Shown: piece after piece, positions 40,413-50,424 of the stretch
How positions within the stretch are numbered: position 1 is the first letter of the stretch
How the letters are laid out: every line of letters starts with the position of its first letter
Source: a bacterium
GTDB taxonomy: Bacteria > UBA8248 > JACPRG01 > G963555815
Direction: 5' to 3'
Length of the DNA: 64,000 nucleotides
Assembly: GCA_965261595.1 (NCBI GenBank)
Contig: CBDHDG010000004.1
Location: 608,001 to 672,000 of the forward strand
Made by a program: the position numbers and the translations under genes
Notes under the pieces: model-generated
The model's database searches: none
Told to the model about the DNA's origin: nothing
What the model saw: only the letters and a program-made list of their open reading frames with translations

Positions 40413-40516
40413 TTCCCACGGCGAAGCCGCCCCGGCGGCGGACACGGCCGGCCTTCTCCCCATGATATAATCGGTCCCGGTTATCTTCTTTCCGGCGATG
40501 CCCGGAGGCAGGAGCG

Positions 40517-41521
40517 GTGCAGGGAATGAAAACCCGAACTCATCTCCCCCGCTTGAGCGCCCAGAAACTGTTCAAAGGGAAGCTGTCCCAGGACGATCCC
40601 CGCTCGGGCAGATATTTCTGCATGTACTCCAGCGTCTTGGGCGGAATCGTGACGGACCCGAGACTCATGACCATTCCTCTCGAGGACCACATGGTCCACC
40701 GGGGGGACGGGGTCTTCGAGGCCATGGAGATCCATCGGGGAAAGGTCTACCAGTTGGCCGCCCACATGGACCGCCTGGGCCGGTCCGCCGAAATGGCGGC
40801 GATTGAGTTTCCCATGCCGAAAAGCGAAATCCGGGACATCCTCCTCGAAACCGCCGCGGTGGGACAAGCGAGAGAGGCGATTTGCCGGGTGTTCATCTCC
40901 CGTGGAACGGGCGGTTTCTCCGTGGACCCGCGCCAATGCGACCAGAGTCACCTCTATTTGATGATCACCGCCCCGGAAGGCTCGGCGCCTTCGCACCAAC
41001 TGCGCGGCATGAGGGTCATCACCACCGAAATCCCCGCCCGCGCGGAAGGCATGGCCCAGTTGAAATGCTGCAACTACATGCCCAACGCCCTCATGGAGCG
41101 GGAGGCCCATCTGGCCGGGGTGGACAGCGCCATCGCCCTGGACGCGAACGGTTTCCTGGCCGAAGGGTCCAACAAGAACGTCGCCATCGTCACCCCGGCC
41201 GGGGAGCTCAAAACGCCCACCTTCCGACACGCCCTTCAAGGAACCACGCTCCGGCGCGTGATGCAGCTCGCCGAGGGTTTGGTCGAGGAAGGGTTGTTGA
41301 GCGGGGTGAAGCAAACCGACATCCCCCGGGCGGAAGCCTACGGGGCGTCGGAAATCATGTTTGTGGCAACCACCCTCAAGGCGCTGCCGATCATAGAATT
41401 CGACGGACATCCAATCGGCGGGGGGGCGCCCGGACCCGTCGTCCCTCGCTTGCGGGAAATACTGGAACAGGACATGCGAGAAAACGAATCCCTCCTCACG
41501 CCGATTCCTTACCAAGACTGA
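40517..41521 (+). CDS. Class IV PLP aminotransferase (D-amino acid transaminase / ADC lyase-like)
   Basis: HRGDGVFE, HMDRL, LKCCNY, AEGSNKN, LQGTT. Confidence 0.9.
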   Translation: MQGMKTRTHLPRLSAQKLFKGKLSQDDPRSGRYFCMYSSVLGGIVTDPRLMTIPLEDHMVHRGDGVFEAMEIHRGKVYQLAAHMDRLGRSAEMAAIEFPMPKSEIRDILLETAAVGQAREAICRVFISRGTGGFSVDPRQCDQSHLYLMITAPEGSAPSHQLRGMRVITTEIPARAEGMAQLKCCNYMPNALMEREAHLAGVDSAIALDANGFLAEGSNKNVAIVTPAGELKTPTFRHALQGTTLRRVMQLAEGLVEEGLLSGVKQTDIPRAEAYGASEIMFVATTLKALPIIEFDGHPIGGGAPGPVVPRLREILEQDMRENESLLTPIPYQD

Positions 41522-41525
41522 GCCA

Positions 41526-42749
41526 TTGAATCCCATTCGATACGCGGTCCCCACATGGATTGAAAGGTCCCGGACCCCCTCCAAAACCGGACGTCGAATA
41601 AAGCGGTGGGGGATCGCCGCCGGCGTCCTGCTCGTGCCGCTGGCCGCCGCCTTTCCCGCGTATTTGCTCGTAACGGGAGGGGGAACCCTGAAGCGGGCCT
41701 ACCAGCATGTGACCTATGAAGTCCTGGCGCACAGGGCGTCCCCCGGCCGGGCGTCCGAGGTGAAAGTCGTGTCGGACCTGATGACCTTCCTCCACTGGCG
41801 GATGAACGTAACGGCCGACACCCCTTCGCGAGATCGGCCCTTCCTGGACGTGGCCGTGGATGGGACGGCGTACTGCAATCAGATCGCCGTCGGCCTGGCC
41901 CACCTCCTCGCGAAAAAGGGGATTCAAGGCCGTCTGGCGATGCTTCGGAACAAACAGGGCGTCTCCCCCCATTCCGTGACCGAAGTCTTTCTGGACGGCC
42001 GCTGGGTCCTGGTCGATCCCCTCAATGGCATTTTTCCCGGGGCCGACCGGGGCGGCGTCACCCTCCGCGAGCTCGGCGCGGACTTCTCACCCATCGAGAA
42101 TTTACCCGTTGTGGGGGGGAAACACCGGCTCTCCGCGGTGGCAAGCGACGGCAGCCGCCGGGACGATTTCGTGGAGTGGTATCGGTCGTTCATCGTCAGT
42201 CCGATCGGGCCCGACCGACCGGGCATCAGCTTCGTCCGGGGTCAGCGGCCGAAGCAACGCCGGGTGATTCGGCTGACAGCGTTGTATTATCAGGTGTTCG
42301 GCAGGGCCTTCTCGTCCTATGTGCAGGACTTCTACTTCGTCCGGAACCGCTCCTGGTTTCCCGAGAGAAACCTCCCCCGAAAAAACCTGGCGGCCGCCCG
42401 GCAATACGCGCTTCACGCCCGCTGGCACAAGGCGCTTCCCCTCTATCGCGAGGTCCTCGCCTCGGCTGCGGGCCCGGCCCGCGAGGACGCCCTGTTCTTC
42501 TCGGGCATGGCCCTGCTGGAAGCGGAAAGGCCCCGGCCGGCGCTGAAGGCACTCAACACCCTGGCGGGCGAGTTCCCCGGGGGGGGGGGACGCTGGAAGG
42601 GAATCGTTCACTTCTATCGCGGAGAGGCCCTCCGGGCGCTGGGCCTTCTCGGAAAAGCCGAGGAGGCTTACCGCATGGCGCCCAGGAACCTTCTGACGCC
42701 CGCCCGGCGCCGCTTGACTTCCCTCAGCGTCGCCGCGAAACCCCGCTGA
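41526..42749 (+). CDS. Membrane-anchored transglutaminase-like domain and TPR protein
   Basis: AYCNQIA, HSVTEV, WVLVDP (Cys-His-Asp); C-terminal TPR. Confidence 0.7.
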   Translation: MNPIRYAVPTWIERSRTPSKTGRRIKRWGIAAGVLLVPLAAAFPAYLLVTGGGTLKRAYQHVTYEVLAHRASPGRASEVKVVSDLMTFLHWRMNVTADTPSRDRPFLDVAVDGTAYCNQIAVGLAHLLAKKGIQGRLAMLRNKQGVSPHSVTEVFLDGRWVLVDPLNGIFPGADRGGVTLRELGADFSPIENLPVVGGKHRLSAVASDGSRRDDFVEWYRSFIVSPIGPDRPGISFVRGQRPKQRRVIRLTALYYQVFGRAFSSYVQDFYFVRNRSWFPERNLPRKNLAAARQYALHARWHKALPLYREVLASAAGPAREDALFFSGMALLEAERPRPALKALNTLAGEFPGGGGRWKGIVHFYRGEALRALGLLGKAEEAYRMAPRNLLTPARRRLTSLSVAAKPR

Positions 42750-42807
42750 CGGGGGGGGGACGCTCCTCCCCTTCGCCCAAACCCGCTGAGCTGAAAGGAA
42801 ATTTTCG

Positions 42808-43305
42808 ATGCCCGAAAAACGCAATCAGCCCCACGTCATTGTACGCACCGTCGGCCGGGGGACGCAGATGCAGATGTTCACGACAACGGGCAAGCACTCC
42901 TACATCCTCGATGAGCCTGAAATCCGAGGCGGAGACGATTTGGGGGCGTCGCCGTACGAGTTCTTCATCGCCGGATACGGCGGCTGAGGCCTCCTCACGC
43001 TACTGGGAGTAGCGAAGGCCCGCGGCATCCGGCTGGACGACGTCGAGATACACCTCAGCTTCAAGCGAAGCCTCACGCCGAAGTTTCACAAGGATTACCA
43101 CGGCGATCCCGAGCGGCGAAAAAACAAGCTCGCCCAGCTCGTGTCGGACGTGTACATCAAAGGGGATGTGACTGAAGAGCAGAAGGCGATGCTTCTGGAC
43201 GAGATGAAGAACTGTCCGCTGCACAACACGATGATGAGGCCGCCGGAGCTCATCGAGAACCTCCACATCGTCCCCCCGGACGGGGAAATGCCCCGGTACG
43301 AATGA
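42808..43305 (+). CDS. OsmC/Ohr-family selenoprotein (Sec60), 165 aa
   Basis: DEPEIRGGDDLGASPYEFFIAGYGG-[TGA 42985-42987]-GLLTL...NCPLHNTM; TGA at the first catalytic Cys position; absent from the ORF track. Confidence 0.88.
42988..43020 (+). promoter_or_regulatory. Putative bacterial SECIS element
   Basis: GGCCT-CCTCA-CGCTACT-GGG-AGTAGCG-A-AGGCC immediately 3' of the in-frame TGA. Confidence 0.8.
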
Positions 43306-43399
43306 CCCGCGGCCGGGCGATGAACACCCGTCCCCCGGCGCTTGTCGAATCCGGAGGGCGCCGACCGAAAGGGGGACGCGTCCCTTCGGGGGCTTCGGC

Positions 43400-44434
43400 T
43401 CAATCCTCAACCGGATGGAGGAGGACCTTCACCTCTTCGGCCGCTTCGAGCCTCTCGAACGACGTTTCCCATTCGGTGATCGGAACCCGGCTGGAGACGA
43501 TGGCCCGCGGGTCCACCTTGCCTTGGCCAAGGAGGTCCAACGCGCGCTTCCAGTCCCGCCAGTTGTGGGAGAACATCCCCGTCACCTGAACCTCTTTGTA
43601 GGCGATTTGCTCCCAGTCGATTTCGAACGGTCTGCCCATCAGGCCGACCTGGGTGAACTTCCCCGCCTTCCGGACCAGGTCCAACAGCAGTCCGGCCGCC
43701 GCGGGCGCGCCCGCCGACTCGAAAACGACGTCCGCCCCGAATCCGCCGGTGAGATCGCGGACGAAAGAGACGGCGTCTTCTTCGTCAAGGTTCATGACCC
43801 CCGCCAACCCCAGGGTTCGCGCGACCTTCAACCGGACGGTGTCGCGGTTCGTTCCCAGCAGAATGACGCACCCCCCTTCGGCCTTCGCGACCTGCGCCAC
43901 CATCAGGCCGATGGGGCCGGGCCCCGTCACGACGACAACGTCCCCCGCCTGGACGCGGGTCAGGTGGATGACGCCGTGGACGGCGCAGGCCAGGGGCTCG
44001 GCCAGCGCGCCCGCGATGAAATCCACATTGTCGGGCAGTCGATGGAGGAGGGCTTGCCGCGCGATGACAAAATTGGTGAAGGCGCCGTCCACACCGTAGC
44101 CGAAACCGAGGCGGTCGTTGCAGAGGTTGTAATCGCCGCGCCGGCAGAACCGGCACCGGCCGCACGTCTTGGCGGCCGTTTCACACGTCACGCGGTCCCC
44201 GGGAGCGTATGCCGTCACGCCCTGCCCGACTTCAGCGACCTCGCCGCAGAACTCGTGCCCCATCACCACGGGCGGGTTGGACATGAAATGGTCGTGATAG
44301 ATGTGGAGGTCCGTCCCGCAAACTCCGGCGTTCCGGACAGCGATTTTGACCTCACCCGGCCCGGGCGATTTCTCGGCGACTTCCCGGACTTCGACGTTGC
44401 CCGCCCCCCGCGCTGTCTTCACGACTCCAAGCAT
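43400..44434 (-). CDS. Zinc-binding dehydrogenase (sorbitol/threonine dehydrogenase-like)
   Basis: VCGTD, GHEFCG, CGRCRFC..C, GPGPIG. Confidence 0.92.
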   Translation of the reverse strand: MLGVVKTARGAGNVEVREVAEKSPGPGEVKIAVRNAGVCGTDLHIYHDHFMSNPPVVMGHEFCGEVAEVGQGVTAYAPGDRVTCETAAKTCGRCRFCRRGDYNLCNDRLGFGYGVDGAFTNFVIARQALLHRLPDNVDFIAGALAEPLACAVHGVIHLTRVQAGDVVVVTGPGPIGLMVAQVAKAEGGCVILLGTNRDTVRLKVARTLGLAGVMNLDEEDAVSFVRDLTGGFGADVVFESAGAPAAAGLLLDLVRKAGKFTQVGLMGRPFEIDWEQIAYKEVQVTGMFSHNWRDWKRALDLLGQGKVDPRAIVSSRVPITEWETSFERLEAAEEVKVLLHPVED

Positions 44435-44818
44435 CGGAATCCCTCCCATCGGCATTCCCACGCCGATTTTCCATGATGAAAGGAGGCTTCCCTTGATCCT
44501 TCTTGAAAACGCCCCCCCCTCGCCTCTCTCCCGTTTTGCGCAACAAATTTTGGTTTGTATCTTCTTTTTTACTTTTAGGATTGCCTGAAAATGATTATAC
44601 TGCCTAACAATCCACGGAATGGGGAAAGCCGGAGCTCACCGGTAACATGTGACTGGACCACCCCGAATATACCGAAAGCGAGTTGGTTTCGGCAATCTCG
44701 TAAAGATGGGCCGGAGGGTGTTCACTCAATCCTCCCGCGTGCCGATATCTATAAGGTGAAGCGGCCGAAACAGCGCCGGACGGGTCATTCCGCGAACCTC
44801 AGCCGAGGAAAATCAAAA

Positions 44819-45097
44819 TTGTCCGAGAAGAGAGACACCTTCAGGTATGAGCTTCTGAACGGCGACGAGATGGTCGCGGTCGGAACCAGCCACAGCCCCC
44901 ACCGTGTCGCCCGGGATTACTCAGCGGACGGGCTGGAAGTCTCCGACGTGCGCATCATCGGACCCGCCATCAGCCGGGAAGCCGCTGAGATTTGGGTGGA
45001 ACAACGCCTCGATGAATATCGCCGCGAGAACGATGGAAAGAACCCCCGGTACAATCCGACGGAAATACAACTCGAGCTGCTGACCGAATCCGCTTAA
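44819..45097 (+). CDS. Small hypothetical protein, degenerate GIY-YIG-like
   Basis: GAGGA RBS and TTG; RDTFRYEL..VAVGTSHSPHR...KNPRYN. Confidence 0.5.
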   Translation: MSEKRDTFRYELLNGDEMVAVGTSHSPHRVARDYSADGLEVSDVRIIGPAISREAAEIWVEQRLDEYRRENDGKNPRYNPTEIQLELLTESA

Positions 45098-45198
45098 CAC
45101 GTTATTCTCAAGATCCTTTCGATTCTGTGGCGAGGCCGATCCTTCCCTTGCTAATCTCTTCGCTTGCCGGACCTTCCGGCCGCCCTCCTCCCCCCGCC

Positions 45199-46302
45199 TT
45201 ACAATGCACCATGAACGAGATTGGCCCCTTGCGTGGGTGAGAGAGCGAGCGGCGCCGAAGACCGAGACCGCAGCTCCCGCACCGAGCCGATTCCTTCCTC
45301 ATCCATTTTCCGCAGAAGCCCCCGGGATATCCGGGCCGGCGCCGACGGACCCAGGTAGACGAAAGACGTCAGGATATCCACGATGCCGGCGCCCGCCTCC
45401 AGGAGACGGAAGGCCCCCTCTCCGTCGAAAACGCCCCCGGCCGTCTTGATGACAAGGCGTTCGTCAATCCGGCTTCGAAGGTCCCGGACAATCCGGAGGG
45501 TGTTGTCGAACACCGGGCGGCCGGTCAGGTTTCCCCTTCCCACCGCGAGACGAGGGTTATCATGCATGATTCCCCCGCCCATGCTGACGCCCTCCAGAGC
45601 GCACCTCGCCGCGATGTCCGCCATCGCCAGCGCCCTCCGCCAATTCTCCTCCGACATGCGCAGGGGCAGCTTCAGGAAAAGGGGCTTTCGGCGCTCGGCC
45701 GAAACCGCTTCCAGGAGGCGGGCGGTGTGATCCATCTCGTTCAAATCAGGCCGCTCCTTCTGGTTGGGGCAAATCCAGTCGATCTCCACCGCATCCACCC
45801 AGGGTTCCACAGCCCTGTGACTCGTCAGGATCTCCTCGACCGAGAACCCCCCTATGTTCGCGATGACCACAGGCCCGCCGGCCGGGTGGGACTCGCGGCG
45901 CCGGGAGAGGTTGGCAACGGCGTACTCCAGCCCCTTGGAGGGCAGCCCCAGGCTGTTGACCAATCCCATCTCCCGAGTCCGCCGCAGCAATCTGGGGCCG
46001 GGATTCCCGGCTCGGGGCTTCGGCATAATGGTTCCCACGGTCACAACGCCGAATCCAAGGCGGGAAACCCCCGGAAGGGTTTCCACGTCTTTGTCGAATC
46101 CGGCGCTCAAACCGATGGGGCTGCGCAGACGCAACCCCGCCACTTCGGTTTCCAGGCGTGAATCCCGGACCTGAAAACGTCCGGACATGGCCTGCCAAGG
46201 TTGTTTTCCGGCAAGGGCCCGCCTGCCCAATTTATGGGCCGGCTCCGGCGGAAGAAGAAACAGCAAAGGACGAACGAGGGACTCATAAACGGTCATTTTC
46301 AA
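45199..46302 (-). CDS. Dihydroorotate dehydrogenase-like flavoprotein (divergent)
   Basis: PEPAH, GLSAGFDK, VGT, GNPGPR, CPN, FLKL, GGV; several substrate motifs altered. Confidence 0.85.
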   Translation of the reverse strand: MKMTVYESLVRPLLFLLPPEPAHKLGRRALAGKQPWQAMSGRFQVRDSRLETEVAGLRLRSPIGLSAGFDKDVETLPGVSRLGFGVVTVGTIMPKPRAGNPGPRLLRRTREMGLVNSLGLPSKGLEYAVANLSRRRESHPAGGPVVIANIGGFSVEEILTSHRAVEPWVDAVEIDWICPNQKERPDLNEMDHTARLLEAVSAERRKPLFLKLPLRMSEENWRRALAMADIAARCALEGVSMGGGIMHDNPRLAVGRGNLTGRPVFDNTLRIVRDLRSRIDERLVIKTAGGVFDGEGAFRLLEAGAGIVDILTSFVYLGPSAPARISRGLLRKMDEEGIGSVRELRSRSSAPLALSPTQGANLVHGAL

Positions 46303-46509
46303 CCTCCCTTCGCGAAGGCAGGCACTGCCGAATCATCGTATCCCACGGGGTTCTTGGACACAACCGGAAAATAGACGACATTGACAATGTTTGAGGATAA
46401 TCGTTACGCTCTTTCAGGGTATCCAATGAGCCTGCGGGAAGCCGTATCCGATGGATTGGAATGAGGGAGGAGGGGGGGGAAGGGGGGCCGTGAGCCGGAA
46501 GGGGGTCCA

Positions 46510-47305
46510 GTGATACGAAGAGACTTGGAGGGAGAATGGTTCCTCATCACCCAACCCGAGCACGCCCGCCTCTCCGGTTTTCTGGCCGGCCATTGGGGGG
46601 GGGAACCATCCCCGTCCCGAACCCCGGGACGAGGTGGTCCTGGCCGCCGCCGCGCACGACAACGGCTGGCGCGAATGGGACGCCCGGCCGAGTCTCAACG
46701 CCGACGGCGCACCCGCGTTCATGTACGAGAACCCCATCGGCGAGGTCTTCAAGATCGGCCATCGCGGGGTCGGGCGGCTTTGCGACCAGGGGCATCCCTA
46801 CGCGGCCGCCCTGGTCAGCCAACACTACGTCAACTGGGCCGCGGACATCCTGACGGGCGTGCGCAAGATCCGGACCGTCACACCCGAGCTCAGGTCCGAG
46901 ATCGAGGCCTTCAAATCAACCCAGGAGGAAAGGCAGGCCGAGCTTTGCGAACGGCTTCGGGAACGGCCGGAATTCGAAGAAGCGGTCGCGCCCGATCGCT
47001 TTCACCGCAACGCCCGATACGTCTGGACCTTCGACATGCTGTCCCTCCTGCTGTGCTGCCGCTGGCCCCATATCGAAACACTTCGGGATATCCCGGAGGG
47101 TGACGGATTCGGCGATATACAGGTCAAATTCGTGGACGACTGGAACCTTGAGGCAGCCCCCTGGCCTTTCGACTCCGACGTCCTGGAGTTCGCCGTGCGG
47201 GGACCCCGTCTTCCCGCAAAACCCTTCGACAGCCAGTCGGACTTCTGGGCGGCCCTGGAAGACACCCCCGAGGCGGAGGTCATCTTCCGGTATTCGCCGG
47301 GCTGA
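46510..47305 (+). CDS. DUF3891 family protein, frameshifted in the G9/C4 tract near 46595-46613
   Basis: ITQPEHARLSG..HWG, then HDNGW and ALVSQH in a shifted frame. Confidence 0.75.
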
Positions 47306-47354
47306 GGCGTCCCCTCCCCCCCCCTCCCCCTCCCGGGTTATTGGCCGTCTTCGC

Positions 47355-48215
47355 TTAAATCCCGGCCTCGGCATAACGCTCGAAGTTGAAGTTCTTCTCC
47401 ACGCAGGTCTTGTTGCGGCATTCTCCGCATTGAGGGGACGACCTCTGAACCGGAAGCTCGTCATGCTCATTCCGGCAGACCTCGACCATCTCCAACGCGC
47501 GGTCGATTTTCTTCCGGCTTCCGCTCAAGTAAAAAGTCTCGCTGCCGTCCTTTCCCAACAGATCCCCCGAACCCACGGGAAAGGCCTCCAGGTCGAAGAG
47601 GATTCGGAAGGTTTCCACCTCGGTGACCGTCCGCCCCACGATGGGGATATAGCCGGTGGGCAGGCCGATGGACCAGTCGATTCGCCGGATGCCCATCTTC
47701 GGACAGTTCCTCATGACTGAGCCCAGGATGGCCTTCTGGAGGGAAACCGGAACGATCAGATGGGCCCCTTTGGCCAGGATGACGGGCATGGCGACCTGAA
47801 GGGTCCCGTAGTTCTCGGTGGCCAGAAACCCGCCCGCGAGACCCGTGGGGTCCACGGCGTTCCCCCCTTTGATGAAGACATCCCTCTCTGAAAATTCTCG
47901 CACCACGGATTGGAGCTTGTACTCCCGGAGCAGCTCCCCATTCTTGAAGACCCACGAGGCCCCGTACCCGTGCTTCAGCAGGAAGGCGCGCATCTCCGCG
48001 TCCGAGCAGAGCCCTTTGCGGACGATCAATCCGGCCGCCATGGCCCCTTCCGGGAGTTTCCCCGTCAGCTCGTAGAAAACCAGGACGGACGTGGTTCCCG
48101 CGTTGACAACGACGGTCTCGGATTCAAAGGCCCGCCGCACCTCGGGAAGCGAGGCCACGGCCTTGGCGATCAGCCGCTGACCGATGAGGGGCTCGACGTT
48201 GAGGAGAAGCTCCAT
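47355..48215 (-). CDS. Conserved hypothetical protein with C-terminal Cys cluster
   Basis: AGTTS, FIKGGNAVDP, VPVSLQK, VTEVE; CGECRNKTC; paralogue of the next gene. Confidence 0.75.
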   Translation of the reverse strand: MELLLNVEPLIGQRLIAKAVASLPEVRRAFESETVVVNAGTTSVLVFYELTGKLPEGAMAAGLIVRKGLCSDAEMRAFLLKHGYGASWVFKNGELLREYKLQSVVREFSERDVFIKGGNAVDPTGLAGGFLATENYGTLQVAMPVILAKGAHLIVPVSLQKAILGSVMRNCPKMGIRRIDWSIGLPTGYIPIVGRTVTEVETFRILFDLEAFPVGSGDLLGKDGSETFYLSGSRKKIDRALEMVEVCRNEHDELPVQRSSPQCGECRNKTCVEKNFNFERYAEAGI

Positions 48216-48381
48216 TGACTTTTCACCTGGACGGGACGGAAAAATCGGGCAGCCGACCCAAATGCCCGCTCAACCGTTTGGAAACCCCGGTTTTCCACCG
48301 ATCCGGTAGGCCGGGCATCCTGCCCGGCTGGGAAAGGGAGAATTCGGGTCTTGAAAAGCAGACCGATTACGGGACTCCACC

Positions 48382-49179
48382 CTAAATGCTTCCCGACGCC
48401 TCCTTGAGGACGTTGACCAGCTCCAGGGCGGCCAGGACTTCCTTTTCCGAGCCCTCGAGATGGAGGGTGATCGTCCCCTCCGCGCCAATCGCTCCGCCCG
48501 AGCCCATGTGGGTCGCCGCGACATTCGCCAGGAGCCCCAGGGCCTCGATCTCCGTGACGACTTTCCCCGGGAGTGGGAGAAATCCCACCGGCTCGCCCGT
48601 TGCGTGCCGGATCTTCCGGATTCCCAGACGGCGGCTGATCCCGACCACCGACTCGAAGACGGCCCGCTCTAGGCCCACCGGGACCAGGAAGTGAGACCCC
48701 TTGGCCAGGACCGTCCCCATGGCCACCTGGACCGCGCCCTCCGATTCCGTCCCCACAAAGGTCCCGGCGAACCCCTCCGGGTCGATGGCGTTCGCGCCCT
48801 TGATGAAAACATCACGGGCCTGGAACCCGTTGATAATCTTCAGGAGGTCGTATTCCCGCTGGATCGACCCCTCGCGGATCACCCACGAATCCCCGGCGCC
48901 CAGGGGCAGGTAGCGCCCGAGGAGGCCATCGACGTCCGACAACGGCCCGGGGTCTTCCGGCGCCTGGCCCTCGCGAAACTCCCGGACCACATGGACCGAC
49001 GTGCTGTCCGCCGCGATGACGACCGTCCCGGAGCGGACGGCCTCCTTCATTTCCGGAAGGGACCAGAGCGCTTTCGCGATCAGGGCCATAGATTCCTCAG
49101 GGGTGAGACTCGCCAGGGCCTTCACGGGGCCTCCGGGAAAGGTTTCGGGGAATACGCGCGCGAAGCCGTCTCGCTCCAT
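48382..49179 (-). CDS. Conserved hypothetical protein, paralogue of 47355-48215
   Basis: LIAKA, FIKGANAIDP, VPVGLER, VTEIEA, GSGG..GAEG. Confidence 0.75.
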   Translation of the reverse strand: MERDGFARVFPETFPGGPVKALASLTPEESMALIAKALWSLPEMKEAVRSGTVVIAADSTSVHVVREFREGQAPEDPGPLSDVDGLLGRYLPLGAGDSWVIREGSIQREYDLLKIINGFQARDVFIKGANAIDPEGFAGTFVGTESEGAVQVAMGTVLAKGSHFLVPVGLERAVFESVVGISRRLGIRKIRHATGEPVGFLPLPGKVVTEIEALGLLANVAATHMGSGGAIGAEGTITLHLEGSEKEVLAALELVNVLKEASGSI

Positions 49180-49299
49180 ACCGCCCGCTCCGACACCGGA
49201 CGCGGGTAGAACGATGGGTCTCTTTTAAAATACCCCCTTTCACCTTGAGCGGAAAAGGCTCTCAACCCTGAAGGGGGCCTCTTCTCTGAATCCGGCGGA

Positions 49300-50400
49300 T
49301 CATCCCAGGTCTTCCAGTTTCTGATCGATGACATCCGTCAACTCCACCACGTCCGCCACCGTCCAATCTCCCATGTGTCCAATCCGGAACGTGTTTTCGC
49401 GTAATTTCCCATAGCCGCCCGCGATGAGGACGCCTTCATTTTCGAGGCTCGAATAGAGGCCGGGCAGGTTGAAATCCGGGGGGGGGGGGACCTCGACGGC
49501 CGTCACCGTGGGTGAGGCGAATCTTTCCTCGACAAGGAGGGAGAACCGGGATCCGGCCCATCCGCGAACGTGCGCGGCCATTCGCCGGTGACGCTCGTAT
49601 CGCGCGTCCAAGGTCTCACGCTCGATGTCGCGGAGCTGACGGTCGAGGGCCAGAAGGTGGGCGCTGGAAGCGGTGAACGGGAGCTGACCCTTCTCCATGG
49701 ATTCCACGCACCGCAGGAGGTCCAGGTAGAAGCCCCGGTCGGGATTTCCGCCCGCCCTGTGGAGCGCCCCGGGCGACAGGATGCCGAGGCCGAGGCCGGG
49801 CGGCAACGCGAGACACTTCTGGGAGCCGGACAGGCAGACATCGATCCCGTTCTCTTCCACCTCGACCGGCACGCCGCCCAGACTGCTTACGGCGTCGACC
49901 AGGAGAAGAACATCGGGATGCTCATGGACCGCCCCGGCGATCTCCGCCAACGGATTCAGGACGCCCGTGCTCGTCTCGCTGTGAACGAGCGTCACGGCAT
50001 CGAACGCCTCCCCCCCCCCGCTCAGGGCGTCTCTCACGTCTTCCGGCCGGGTCGCCGCTCCCCACTCGACGCGAAGCGGAACGGCCTCCCGTCCGTGGCG
50101 CCGGGCGATTTCATGCCACCGCTCGCTGAACGCGCCGCAGATGAGATTGAGGACCCTTCCGCCCCGGGGGACCGTGGTAAGCAGAGCGGCCTCCATCATC
50201 GCGGTGGATGAGGAGGTGGTCAGGACGACTTTGTGCCCGGACGCGCTCTGGACGCCGAACAAGTCCCGGAGCCTCGGAACGATTCCTGCCAGCAGCCGCT
50301 TCATGGCCGGTCCCCGGTGGTGGATGGGGGGACGGGCCATCTCGGCCAGGATTTCCGGCCGGACCTGGGTGGGGCCCGGCATGAAGTTCTTCTGAAACAT
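49300..50400 (-). CDS. Class V PLP aminotransferase (serine/alanine-glyoxylate type)
   Basis: PGPT, HSETSTG, VDAVSS, GSQKCL..PPG, FRIGHMG. Confidence 0.93.
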   Translation of the reverse strand: MFQKNFMPGPTQVRPEILAEMARPPIHHRGPAMKRLLAGIVPRLRDLFGVQSASGHKVVLTTSSSTAMMEAALLTTVPRGGRVLNLICGAFSERWHEIARRHGREAVPLRVEWGAATRPEDVRDALSGGGEAFDAVTLVHSETSTGVLNPLAEIAGAVHEHPDVLLLVDAVSSLGGVPVEVEENGIDVCLSGSQKCLALPPGLGLGILSPGALHRAGGNPDRGFYLDLLRCVESMEKGQLPFTASSAHLLALDRQLRDIERETLDARYERHRRMAAHVRGWAGSRFSLLVEERFASPTVTAVEVPPPPDFNLPGLYSSLENEGVLIAGGYGKLRENTFRIGHMGDWTVADVVELTDVIDQKLEDLG

Positions 50401-50424
50401 TGCCGCCTCACGTCCGGCGGGGAC

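Noticed and set aside
42176..43012. Tracked 278-aa plus-strand ORF
   Set aside because: Off-frame overlap of the transglutaminase gene and the true OsmC frame
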